Positions 38,420-51,220 of a stretch of 64,000 bases of DNA are shown here, piece by piece. Under the pieces are notes generated by a model that was given only the letters and a program-made list of their open reading frames with translations, was not told the origin of the DNA and did no database searches. This stretch comes from Lama glama (Eukaryota). The stretch spans positions 82,834,001-82,898,000 of the forward strand of contig CM052817.1 of assembly GCA_028534125.1 (NCBI GenBank). The letters are read 5' to 3'. Each line of letters begins with the position of its first letter. Positions within the stretch are counted from its first letter, which is position 1. A program made the position numbers and the translations under genes.

Positions 38420-38860
38420 TACTTAACATGTTCAATCTTCTAGGTTTTTGTGCTTGTGTAATAAATATAATTATCATGCCTGTTTCAATATTCTTGTATT
38501 TACTTCTAATCCTTTGACGTGGTTCTTTCTATAGCCTTGGGTAGTTTCTATAGTCTTGTGCATCTGCTGACCAGTATTCTGCTGAATCCTTGAGTGTACC
38601 CTCTGTGACCTCCAGATCTCCATGCAGCCCTTTTTTGCCCTCACATATTCTGTCCTGCTATCTATAGCAAGCTTGATTTCTCCCTAACTCTCAGCTCTGT
38701 CTCCTCCACTAATGAATCCACTGCGCCCCACTGGGTTCTCTGCACTGCAGCCTACAAACTTTCATGACTGGAAGCCCAAGATGGGCAATTATAGGACTCA
38801 CCCCCTATCTCGCAGGGGGTTCTGCCCTTCAGTACCTCCTGTCCAACCCACTTTCTGTTA
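38420..38860 (-). mobile_element. Old L1M 5' region fragment
   Basis: atagccttgggtagtttct...ctgaccagtattctgctgaatccttgag...accctctgtgacctccagatctcc...ctctcagctctgtctcctc resembles the reverse complement of the L1 5' region at about 380-560. Confidence 0.6.
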
Positions 38861-39094
38861 CTCCATCTTGGGCAAAGTGGAAGTCTATTCTCATATATGT
38901 ATTATTTGTTTTTATTACCAGCATATTTTTATAAATTTCTCTGCAGTAATTTCCCCCACAGTATCCAGATGAAATTTTGAAGACTAACTTTAGGACATCA
39001 CTGCTTTATTTTAACAGACTCAAGATAAAACCTGAAATCTAATTCATTATGTATAAACTCTCTTCCATACCACTTTTCCCTATCTGAAGTATAT

Positions 39095-39235
39095 TTGTTA
39101 GTTAGCTGCCCATACTTCCTTAGAATATAAGTTCTATGAGAAATATGAACTTTACTTTGTTGTTTATAGGTATGCCTTCAGTGTATAGATCAGTGTCTAT
39201 GGAATAGCCCTGCTCATTAAATGCTTTTGAGCACT
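39095..39235 (+). mobile_element. L2 3' end
   Basis: tagaatataagttctatgag...ctttgttgtttataggtatgccttcagtgtatagatcagtgtctatggaatagccctgctcattaaatgcttttga. Confidence 0.65.
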
Positions 39236-40671
39236 AAGTTAATTTAAGAAAAGAATGTAGGCAGCCAAACTATAAAACATAACGTATTCATCTTCCATTC
39301 CCCAGAGCTATTAATAATTTAATGGTGTTTTGCTTTATCTCTTATTTTTAATTTAGAGAGGTAACTCACATTCTTATAAAGTATTTTATATCGCACATCT
39401 TCACACAATATAATACGGTATTACTGTAAAAGAGCTATGTTTATGTTATCCATTCATGTTACAATAGAAAGGAAATTAGTTAACATGCATATTCTATAAG
39501 GACTAAAAATAGCATTTTCTTTCACACTACTTAAAAATGTGTCTCTGGCATTTAAAAGTGGGATATTCAGAAATGTCACATTTATAATACAGTAAGTATT
39601 TATTATTCCCCATCATCTCTCATTTCCATAAGTATAATTTCTACTATTGCTCTGAAGACAAACCAATCTTCAAATGTGCCACTTGAGAAAGACAAGTAAC
39701 TATATGCTTTTGTTACTTTAAAAATTATAATGACTGAAAAACTCCAAACAGTGTATTCATCCAATGAAATTCTTAGGATTAAATAAAAGAGCTGTAGCTA
39801 CAGTATATCAGTCTTAGAGAAATATTATTCTTATCTTGTGGAAATAAGGGAAATGTGAAATAAGAAAATAGAAAGAGATGTATATGTAAAATGTGTGCTT
39901 TTAGCTGAAATTTGGAGTTGAAGAGTCTCTCCTAATACAGAACAATGGTTTTACATTGGAGGAGGAGAGCACTGTTACAATCTTTTAGCAAATCAAATTC
40001 TAATGTGTGGGCAGACATCAATTGAATAAGCCTTCTTTCAACTTTTACTATAAAGCAACATGAATGGGGTCATAAAAAAGTAACTTCAGACACTAGAGAC
40101 TGCAAAAAGATTTCCATCAGAACCAGCCACAGTCGTCTTTGTCCTCAGGTCTTGCTAAGCATCAGCCTCGAATTTAACAAATGAGGTGTCATTTTCTAGA
40201 CACTGAATTTTACAGGTTCCACATTTAGCAAAAAGTATAGGTACGTTCACTGACCATTTTGTTGTATGTATTCACATTTGATTATTTTTTCAAAGGCACC
40301 ATTTACTTTTCCCAAGGAGGAAAACGGTGTAGATGGAATATTTCTCATAGACAGATAATGATGTCCATACTTAACAAATGTTGCAACTGAAGTTTTAGAA
40401 AGGGGCAGCCCACATCCAAACTTATTAACTATTAACAACCTGGTTTTTGAGGAAGGGGCTTACTGCTGAGGGCAAGTATTTCTAAATACTGAACTCCAGA
40501 ATTACATGTGCTTACAAAAGTGAGGCTGGGAAACCACTGTCTTCCCAGGCTAAATGATTAGGACTAGCAATATTTTCTCTGTGGCCAACTCCACTCCCAA
40601 GAAGGAAGATGAGGAAGAGGCTATGCTACATAAAGATCTGAGCTGGTAGACAGTCCAAGTGGTAGGACAAC

Positions 40672-40677
40672 TGTGTG

Positions 40678-40708
<31 letters not shown>

Positions 40709-40712
40709 TTGT
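40672..40712. repeat. (TG)n microsatellite
   Basis: Interrupted GT run. Confidence 0.95.
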
Positions 40713-42499
40713 ACACACATATATAGCCTATTTCACAGAAAGTTAAATCAAAATCAAAATGCTGTTTGATGATTGTATAGTGTGACTAGGGAAGACTGGT
40801 ACATGATTTAAAATGCTAAGCACCATCAAGTTAAAACAATCTAACACCTAGGTCTCTTTGTGGGAGACAGAGATTATCAGGACAAACAGATTTGGTTCTT
40901 GGACTTAATCAGACTAGCTTCTTCCCAGACAGGGTTAAGAAAGGATGAGGCATATCAATATTTAAAACTGTAATCATTTTTTAAAGTTCTATTCCTAAAC
41001 AAACCTCCTCTTTTTAATTTTTTATTTGTTCTATTCTTCCCTTAGCTGTGCTAAAATTCTTCACTCAGATTATGGTCTAGTCTTCCTGGTATGGAAACCA
41101 CTTTTTATTAAGTGCTTTAGAGATTTATTTATCTTCAGTGTTTTTCAAAATGAGTTGATCTCATGTTTTAACTCAGTGAGGACAATCATTTTGCTTATGT
41201 GAACATTCCACTGATGTGATTCCTTAAGAAAGTTGCCCAGGGAATATACAAGTTGCATTAAAATACTCAAACATCACTGAAGACTTATTTGACAAATTCC
41301 TTTCTTATATAACCTTAAAATTCCTTTTGGCTATTTCTTAAAGAAAGCACAATTAAAGAAAAAATAATAGTTTCTTGAAAAAAATTGTAGTTTAAGCCAT
41401 GCATTCCTATAGAACTGTGTTTTTTGTTTTTTGTTTGTTTGGTTTTCCAGCTGAGAATTGTGGGGAATTTGATTAAAGGCCTTGATCATTTCCTAAGAAA
41501 ACCACACATACATGTATTAGCATATGACTTCAAAGACCTGTTCCCATCTCAATACTAAGCATATCCAAAATGTTTCTCAAAGAACATTTTTTTTCTCTAA
41601 CTAAAATCTCTTTTTTGGCAGTCTTGTTTATCTATCATTTCTATGCAGATATCCAAAATCTTAGTCTCAAATCTTTGCCTCTTTGACTTGCTTACAACCA
41701 TCTCCTACATGATATCGGATATCATATCCTCTGATTCCTCGGAATCCTCGTAGCATTATTCTTTACCCTTCTTGAGGTGCACACGACTTTCAAATATGTA
41801 TTAGTGTAAGCTTATCCAGACTGAAACTTCTAATATTTGCAGCAAATTTATGGACGGGAATTTCCTATTCAAATTTACTAAGCAATTTCTGACAGGAAAC
41901 AAACAAACAAAAAATGCAGGGAGAGACCTCTCCACTAATTCTGTTGGTGTTGTTTTTCAGTGTTTCCAATTTTTCAGTGAAAGGTACAGAAATATAAGCC
42001 AGGGCCTCTTCCTCAGAGTTTACAATCTGGGTAGAGAACAAGAGAGACAGCTTCCAAGAGATGAATTCCAAGAGATGAATGTCCATGAACGTGCTTTCCA
42101 AAATATAAGTTCTTACAGAAATGTATAAATAAATACTGAATCCATGGTGTTTCAGTTATATCTGAAAGGGCTTTGAGAAAACAAGAAACCCTGTTACTGG
42201 ATGAAACCAGTGGTCCATCTAGCTAAATGTCCTTTCCAGCAGAAATCACTGTAAGATAACTTTATCTGTAAATGTGTCTCAAGTTTGGAAATACCATGGG
42301 AATCTTAGGAATTCCAGTAATCAGTGAATAGGCTATCTACGTATTTGTTATATCTTCAGACTTCATACATGTCTGCTCAGAATGCTTCTCAGAATGCAGG
42401 TATATGAGAAGTTAGTAATTCTCCTTCTGTCCAGCTTCCTCTTTCTTCACCTTTCCCTTTCATATCTTCAATCACCTGTGTCACAGGACACATATCAGT

Positions 42500-42960
42500 A
42501 GTTGGGAAGTATTTAACTCTGATAGTAAAGCAAAATCAAAATTAAAGGCAAATGTTCAGGGAAATGCTTTCAAACACAAGCTAGTAAATGAAGAACTTTA
42601 GATTCGAAGAGCCAAATATTCTGCATTCCTGGGAAATCTCAATCAGTTTCTCATTCTGGTAAGTATTTTCACATTGCGCTTTGATTCCACAAAATAAATG
42701 GGAATACATTTTTGGCTGTTGGTCTATCACTAAAAGATTAGAATCAGGAGACTGAAAGAAAACAGTTTCTATCTATGTATTTAAAAAAAAATTGTGTTCA
42801 TGGAAAAGGAGCCATGTGTCAGTTTCCAAGCGGGGAAGATGTTCTCATAGAGGTACTGTAAGGCTTAATCGGTCCACTTCCTTTCTTGTTCTTTAACAGA
42901 TTCTCTGCTGCCACCATTGTCCTGTTCAGGGTCAGAAAGCTCCTTCAGTGGTACTGCAAC
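42500..42960 (+). mobile_element. Possible ancient CR1/L3-like LINE remnants
   Basis: gatgttctcatagaggtactgtaaggcttaatcggtccacttcctttcttgttcttt loosely resembles the RT motif V.SGVPQGS.LGPLLF; aaaattaaaggcaaatgttcagggaaatgctttcaaacacaagctagtaaat resembles a CR1 3' end. Confidence 0.3.
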
Positions 42961-43589
42961 ATCGTCATAAGGCAGCATGTCTTCTCACCAGCATCATCAA
43001 TTAAATCAAGACCCTCCTATCCCTCTGTACCTCAGTGTCCATTCTCCTGCAACTCTGATCTTAGCAGATCAGCACCCAGCCCACCGCTGCACCCACTTTC
43101 CCTGGACCGCACCCTCATCATCACCCTATTTTCCATTTTTTAGTGTAAAAATGTGTAATTCAAATATCAGCCAAAGCTCTCAACTGGTTTCCAAAAAATC
43201 TGACTAAAACACTATGAGGTAGCACTGTAATAGAATGTTAAATACTTAAACATTTCTTCCAGAACAAACTAAGGTGGCTTTGTGTAGCCATGACTTCCTT
43301 CAGCATCAGCTCCATCAAAGATACACATTCCCATTTTTGACATTAGACATGCTTTTCAAAATGTCTATACATGATTCTGATGGTCTATCAACTGAACTTA
43401 GAATGTATCTCTAGAATTTTCTTAGACATAATTTTGTTAAAAATATGTATCTCATTTGAGGGTGAATATATATTTTTTCTATTTAAACATTGCCCAAAAC
43501 ATTGTATTCAAAGGTATGTATGTTTTATGATGTTTTAATATTAAAAATTAAGACGTTCACTAGGGAAACGTTACACAGGGAGACTTTCT

Positions 43590-43990
43590 GCTAAGGTTCT
43601 TTCAGTTGAGGGTAACAGAAACTAACATGTGGTAGTATAATTAGAAAAATTATTAAAAGAATATTGGATAACCTCACAGAATCCAAGGAGTTGCTGATCT
43701 ACAAAGCTTCAGAAAGCGCAGGAATAAGAGTCCTTTTAGAGATCTTAACTGTTGAAAGTCCTGTACTTTCTCTTGGTAGATGGGTCATAGTTCTACTTTA
43801 GCCAGAAATCATACCCTTATACATCTCTGTAGATCAAAACTCCAAACTCATGGGAGAAAGAATCTGACTGGCTTCACATGAGTCAGGTGGGCACTTGAAC
43901 TTGGACTGGGAAGGGCCATGCAGCATAAACATGGCAGCATATAGATCAGCCATGTGGATCAGGTGGCTAGTTCTTAGATTCAGGAGACTT
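43590..43990 (-). mobile_element. Old MaLR LTR (MLT1K/L-like)
   Basis: ggttctttcagttgagggtaacagaaactaac...tattaaaagaatattggataacctcacagaatccaagg...gggagaaagaatctgactggc. Confidence 0.65.
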
Positions 43991-45644
43991 CGCATAGCAG
44001 TGTTAAAGCTGTTCTCTATTATTGCATGCTTCATCCATAAATCTCTACTGAAGCTAGCTTAGTACCGTTTTAAACACTAGTCATGCTGAATTCATTTTGT
44101 ATCCCATGCTTCCATTTTTCCCTAGAGACCTTTAATATACCACAGAGTCACTACTCAAGCATAGAACTTGGAAACATTTATTGTGCTGGTTCATTTTAGA
44201 AAAATTTTAAAATCAATAAAACTTCAATCAACCCAATGCACTTTGATCCCACTGTTATTCAAAAAACTGTTAAGTTTATTTTTCAAGTTAAAGTAAGTTG
44301 AAGTCATTAGAGTAAGCTCCTTATGAAATTATTAAAATAATACTATTCTGAGTGACAGGCAGTGAAATTTAGCTTAACTGTTATGAAAAGAGTTTGTCCT
44401 TTGTTTGTTTGATTTGTGTTCCATTTTAAAAGATTCTAATTACACCCCTTTGGTTCTCTTTGTCTGCCTCTTTGCAGGAATCTCACAAGTTGTGTGAAGT
44501 ATGGATTGAGACCTACAAAATGTGACTTCAAATACAGAAACATTTAAAAACTTTTTGAAGCAGCTTTATTCCTTTGGCTTTCATGCTTTTAAAAATCTAA
44601 ATTTGTCCAAAAATATACTTATATTTTCTAAAAGCTGATGTGTTATAGCACAGTAAGCTTCTTGGAATCAAACAGAGAGCATAACCTCATCAGGAAACCT
44701 TCTTTATAATACTCTCTAAAGAATACACAAAAGTATGTAGCTGAAGTTTCATGAACACCGACCACAATATTATTACTAAAGGTAAATGAGAAACCTTATT
44801 CTGGCCTTCCCCGTCTGTCTTCCTCAACTCACAACACTCTATATTTTCAAAGTGAAACAGTTTGATTTGAATTGCAAATCTTATCACATATATAGTTTTA
44901 TTCTTTTCTATCTGGATGAATGACAGTGGTATATAAGAGTTAACAAACCTTATCCAGTTTTAAATACATTTCTGGTATTGAAAGCTAACAGAGCTGAAAG
45001 TTGAATGGGAGAAAGCTCAGCTCCTGTATTCATTCCTTTATTTGTGTTCTGAAAGGGCCTTACGGAGAAAACCTGATAGAAATGTCATGGCATCACTAAA
45101 CAGATCGAAGTCTAAGGTGGGAAAATAAAAGGTTGGCTTTGCTGCTTCTTTTGTCATTTTATAAGGAATGGATAGTGCTTTCAAAATGAGGGCCCTGGGC
45201 TATGCACGTCCTTTAATTTCTCAGACCCTAAGAAGAAGCGAGTCCATCCCTCAATGGCCCACTGAAAGAAGCCTTTAAAAAAGCTCCGTGTTCTAAGAAC
45301 ACACATCCCTTGTAAGGATGACAGCAAGATGGGGGAGGGGGAATCTAAATTAAGGAGGCATATATCCCTGAACACGGGGTATCCAACGCCTACTTGAGGG
45401 CTGATCTGGGAAGATTATCATCACGACTGCACTGCAACTTATTTTCTGTGATTTGTTGTGCTTCGTTTCACTGGAAATGGGGTTCATCTTTAAATTGTGT
45501 GTGAAGTTGAGTGATAATCTGGGTGTCACGGGAGTTTACAGCTAGCAACATTACTAACATATGACAGTCAAACAAGTAAAAATACCACACTCCGGGAAGT
45601 TCCCAGAAAACTTAGCAATTTGTTTCCCATTTGAGGCCACAAAG

Positions 45645-45870
45645 TATTGTGGAAAAAGCAAAGTCTTTGGAGTGACGCAGTCTCAAGTTTATATCCTCAT
45701 TCGTTTCATTTCTAACTTTCTACCTTCAGCAGATTAGTTAGCTTTGGGTCTCAGCGTTTGCCTTTAATAAATGAGGATAGTAACATGGAATATATTGAAC
45801 TCCCTGGAGGATTAATTGAAATAATGTAGGTAAAACATCAGTACAAATTAAACTAACAGTAGGGATTAAT
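45645..45870 (+). mobile_element. MIR SINE
   Basis: gtggaaaaagcaaagtctttggagtgacgcag...taaaatgaggatagtaaca...ggaggattaattgaaataatgtaggtaaaac. Confidence 0.7.
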
Positions 45871-46344
45871 TTCCTTCCCCCCATTGAAATTAATTTGGCT
45901 CTCATGTGGAGGTTGTATTTATATTTTTTAAGCTGATGACGATAATTATATGAGTTTCAAGAAGTATATGCAATTTCTGCCATTTAGAATAATTAAAGAT
46001 GATTAATCACTTCTTTTTAAAGAGCACTAATTATTAATGATTAAGTAAAAATAAAGATCTAGAGCTCAATTCTTAGGCAATATAAATAAACTTGATCCTT
46101 TCTTTAATCAGTGAAGCTTTAAGGGGCAAAATATACTTAAAATACATTTGTCCTACAATATGACAATACCCCAAAATACAGCATTCCTTTGATTACTAGC
46201 ATAGCACTGCCATTTGATAATAGAATGATAAAATATTTAGATTGAGAAAATAGAACAGCTATAGCTTTAATCTAAAATTATATAAGAAAATAAATGATGC
46301 AGATATTAGCTATACAGTTTAAACGAGATAATATTTATAAACAA

Positions 46345-46435
46345 ATAACTATATGCCCCTGTTTTCCTGGGACAGTCCTGAATTACATTCATAATACCAA
46401 TGTTGTTATTAATAGGGCCTGTTTCACTTTTAAAA
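46345..46435 (-). mobile_element. MER81-like fragment
   Basis: taactatatgcccctgttttcctgggacagtcctgaattac...gttattaatagggcctgtttcactttt. Confidence 0.6.
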
Positions 46436-46499
46436 TAAAATTATTAATGCAATTATTAGAAGAAATATTCTTTTTCTTTTATAAGCTGGTTTTGGGAAA

Positions 46500-48095
46500 A
46501 TTTGTCCAACTATGACTCAAAATTCAGATTCAGTAAAACAAAATATTAATAAATTCAAATACATTTTAAAAAAACTATCATGTGGTAAAATACCATGAGA
46601 AAACTCAAAAGAAAAATGATGAACTGGAAAAAAAAATATTTGCAACATATGTCACAGGTAAAGGACTAATATATACAATATAATATATATATAATATTAC
46701 ATAAATATTATATATAATATATATAAATAATATATAATATATATAGGCTCTTAAAATGTAATATATAATATACAATATATAATATTATATATAATATATA
46801 TAATATATAAAAGGCTCTTAAAAACTGAAGAAAAAGACCAAATCCTCAATTAGTTAAAAGAGCAAAGTAATGAACAGTTTACGGAAAAAGAAGATACATA
46901 AAACATCCTTAATTATGTTAAAATATGCTCATTTTCACTCCTACTAAGAGAAATGCAAATTAAAACTACCAAAAGACACCACTCTTCACCTATGAAATGT
47001 GTAAAAGTTCAAATATGTGGGGAAACAGAACCTTTCACACACCGTTAAGGCCAAAAGGCACAATCCTACTTCTAAGGTTTAACTGAAGATACGATTCCAC
47101 AAATATAAAATTTTATATGAGCAAACTTACTCACTGAGGCATTACCTGTAATTTAAAAAGTGCTGGAAACAACCTAACACATCGGATTTCTACAGAAGAA
47201 TAAACAAACAAGGGTGTGGAATCTCTATAAATCACTATGGGATGGTTTCTATGATTTATTAAGTTAAAATATAAGGTGGAATTAATGTTTCATTCTCCCC
47301 TATTTTGTAAGAAAGAAAAAGAAATCAGAAGGCAATGTATGCACTTGCTATTTCTGTGGAAAGAGACCTAGGAAGAGTAAATCAGGATAATAAAAATCAT
47401 TATTACCCAGAGAGAGTAAGAGGTAATGGTATTAATGTGATAGCTCTGGGAATGAGAATTGGCTGAGTTCAACTTTTTATATGGTTTGATTTTTCAACCA
47501 TTAATACTTTGCATATTCAAAAATGAATCACAAATAATCAAGTAGGTCAACTCCAAATTGCATTTAACAAAACAATAAACCAAATTTTACTTCAAATTAA
47601 TAATATACACAAGAAATAGCATGAATTCAAGTAACTTTTGGACACAGTTCTCTGACAGAGCATACGTAGTAGTAGATATTCTAAGGACAAAAATAACCAC
47701 AAAGGAGTTGCTTAGTTGGTTTGTTTATTGTTGTGGAATAAATGTAGTTAAATCTAAAACTCCTCTGTGTGTGATGCAGGATAGAGCACACAGGTAAATA
47801 TACTGATATTCTCAGGAACCAGGGGACTCAGTGTGGAAAAAAGAATATACAAATATCTAACGTGAAAGGTGAGGAAAAACTCTGTGGAAGAGGATGTGTA
47901 TGTGTGTGTGTGGGTGTGTGGGTGTGTGTGTGTTTCCCAGCTCCTTTGAAAGAAGCAGAATAGCCTGGAAGAGCCTAGAAGCAATGATACACCATTAGCA
48001 ATACGGACATCTTGAGCTCAGATGTTGATTTTTTAAAGTATTATTTTCCACTTAAAGGAACTAAGACTCCTTGAAGAAATGGCCAGTTTCAGCGT
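46500..48095 (+). mobile_element. L1MC3/L1MC4-like: ORF2 end and 3' UTR
   Basis: gaactggaaaaaaaaatatttgcaacatat...agagaaatgcaaattaaaactacc...attctaaggacaaaa...gagcctagaagcaatgatacacc...tttccacttaaaggaactaagactccttgaagaaatggcc; includes AT low complexity at about 46668-46810. Confidence 0.8.
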
Positions 48096-48114
48096 AGTAA
48101 TTAAGTAGAATTTA

Positions 48115-48325
48115 CCAGCTGGAGTTTGTACCTTAGGTACACATTTTAAGCTGTGTGACCTTGAGCAGGTTATATAACATATATCTGCCACGATTTCCTC
48201 TGTTATAAAAATGAAAATCATTGTAACAGTTAACACTTAAATAACCTTTTACTATTTGCCATGCACTGTTGTAAGATCATTTCTGTCTTATTAGCTTCTT
48301 GTGAGAAAGTTGGTAACATGAAATG
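48115..48325. mobile_element. MIR fragments
   Basis: agctgtgtgaccttgagcaggttatataac...tttcctctgttataaaaatgaaaat. Confidence 0.6.
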
Positions 48326-48559
48326 CATAAATTATACATTAAATGATATACTGTACTTATATATAAATATATTACAAATATAATTTTAAAAAATATATAA
48401 AAATCATGACATAATATATTTATTTTCTTATACTTCAGAAAAATTTTGCAAGTCAAGAAAATTCTATTAATGTCACAGAAGGAAAATAGCAAAGGAGATA
48501 AAAAAAACTTTACATAAAATAAGTAAAAAATGACTAAAATAAGTAGGGGGAAAGCTTAA

Positions 48560-49200
48560 ACTGACTAAAATCAAAGGAATACAATTAAAATGAGTTATAA
48601 TGTGTCATTTTCAACTTAACAAATATTAAAACAAAATAATAAAGATTAAAAGCTAGTCACTGTTAATGATGGTTCTTGTTAACAGTATGTTAAATATTAG
48701 GCAGGACTCTAAATTGGTACAAATTTCCAGGCAGTTCATGTGGGGACCTCAAAAATGTGTATATAATTTTGCCTAAGTAATTCTATTTCTTAGAATTTAT
48801 CCTAACTAAATAATCATGGTTTGTATAAAGACATAGTTGTAATGATGTTTTCCCCAGCATCGTTTATATTATCAAAAAAATTGTAAACAACCCAAATGTT
48901 CCACAATGAAGAGAAATTAATGATTAAACATCTATATAATGAAACTTCATGCAACCATTACTGATTATGTTAAAGGAATTACATTCTTTGTACATTTTAA
49001 CATTTTAAATTATTACATCAAATTTTAAAAATATAATCCCAGTTTTAAATATGTGTTCTATAATTTTGAAGAATACTAGAAATCTATACATCACAAAGTC
49101 AAAAGTATTTATCTCTAGATCATAGTTTTAGAATGACTTTCCCTTTCGGGTATGTACATTTTAAAAATGCTTATAGTATTCCTTTTCTATTGTAACAGAT
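48560..49200 (+). mobile_element. L1ME-like 3' fragment
   Basis: aaattggtacaaatttccagg...gtaattctatttcttagaatttatcctaactaaataatc...gtaaacaacccaaatgttccacaat. Confidence 0.65.
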
Positions 49201-51024
49201 GTCTAACTTTTGACAGAAGAAAAGAAGATACAAAAAGAGGTTTAAATTATGAATACTATACTAAGAGTAAGAGTCTTCAGAAAAACAAACTCATGATTCT
49301 AACATCTCCTCTTCTTAATCATAATACAATTAACTTGCTCCATCAACTTTAAATTGGTTTAGAGCATCTTTTTAGAGAGCTACCTTAATTGAGGAAAAGG
49401 AACTGAGTAACTTGAAACCAATTTTCAGGTATTCTAAGGAGAACTCAGTCTATTTCAGTGTTTTGAGCCTAACAAAACTATTCCTAAAGATTACAGAACC
49501 AGTTTTGGAGTCGCTATTTTCTAAATCCTACAATCGTAACAAGTCACTAAGCTTGAATTACTAGAAATTGCCTTTATCTAACAAGAAAACTTTATGAATA
49601 AGCCAATACTGAGTTTTAAAATGAGACAAATGAGCATAGGAAGTCAGATCACATTCCTACTTTTCTGAAAAACTATTCCAGTGATTGGATAAACTTAGCT
49701 CAGTATAATGTAAGTGTAAAAGCCAGAATAAGGATTTGTTTGGGTTTTTTTAGCGAAATGAATTTGCATCGCCTATTTATAGAAGTTGTCAAAAGGATTG
49801 GGGAACTGGAAAAACAAATATAAACAAAAGGTATGATAAATAGCAGTGTAACAAGCTGGGGTGGAGACAGTAGACAGAGCCAGAAGGATTAGGAGTGGAT
49901 CTGGTTATATTTAGCATCTTCAGTAATTATATGAAACCAATAAAAATATGGTGTAACTGAAAGTCTCTGAGAATATATAGAATATACAAGTATTTAAAAA
50001 TGTGTTTATAACATATAAATATATATTTACATCTATTCATACACATGTATGTCCAAGGAGGTATGCTGAGATATAAGGGAGACACAAGTTTAAAGGAAAC
50101 AAAGTTTTAAGGAAGACTAAATCCTAGATGAAAATGCCACTTAGCAGCTGTGGAAGCTTGAAAACTTAACCATCCTAATATACAATATCTTATTACAATT
50201 TGTTCTTTGTTTATAAATACCTTGTATTAAGCTTTTCTTTGCTACTTAAAGAGGGGACTATTTGATTTGAGAAGTTTTTCTCATATTTTTACAAGGCATC
50301 AATCATATAACGTGTCTTGGGTAATGAGATTGTTCCACTGAGAAAATGCCAAAGTTCATGGTCATTAATTCTAAGTTCCTAATATGATTCCGCCACTGGA
50401 AAAAAAAAATTAGGAATTCTAAGCAGGATTTACTCTATTTACCAGAATATTGCCTCCATGAGGACAGAATTTTGGGCTTTTGCTTGCTGCTATATGCCTA
50501 GTAGAATTTGATATTCTGTTTTATACATTATTTAATAACATTACTTTTCTGCTAGATTACTGTGTTACTCTCTGTTTTTCTTAGCTCGTGCTTAACACCT
50601 CTTTACAGACTTTGTTGTAAAGCAAAACAATCAAATATAAAAGAAGAAATTTATATTTTAATGTTTTAATACCCTTTAGTCTTGAAATACTCCTAAACTT
50701 ATGTATAGTTACAAGGCACCTAATATTTTAATGGAGGATTTAATAATTTTAATAATGCCTACACAGTTCAAAGTACCTGAATGACTAAAACAATGACTAG
50801 CAGCATTTTAGGCAAGTGTAATATGTGACTACTGATGATGTTCCAAACTATATCCAACTGGTGATATTTTCTTAAAAAAATTAAAGCTAGGGTAGACTGT
50901 TCCATTATCTCAGAGAAACAAAAAGGTTACACATAGAAAACTGGTCTTGGTCTGTGGAAAATTACAGTCTTCATCATCAAGAGTGATGATGCCAACAAGA
51001 ACGTAAGTCACAGCATCCATATAT

Positions 51025-51220
51025 GGAAGCACTCCCAGGTTCTGGGCACAGGGCTAAATCCTAGTAACATCCCTAATCCTCCCAACATGAGGACTGGGTA
51101 CAATTAATCCCATTTTGAAGCCCAGTAACCCAAGTAAAGATTATGTAACTCACTCAAATATGGAGTGGTACATGAATTAAATTTGGACATGTTTAATCCC
51201 AAAGCCCATATCCTTTCACT
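51025..51220 (-). mobile_element. MIR SINE
   Basis: gcactcccaggttctgggcacagggctaaatc...taatcctcccaacatgagg...atcccattttg...tttaatcccaaagcccatatcctttc. Confidence 0.6.

Noticed and set aside
46668..46825. AT-rich tract with duplicated ggctcttaaaa
   Set aside because: Ordinary slippage expansion within an old L1.
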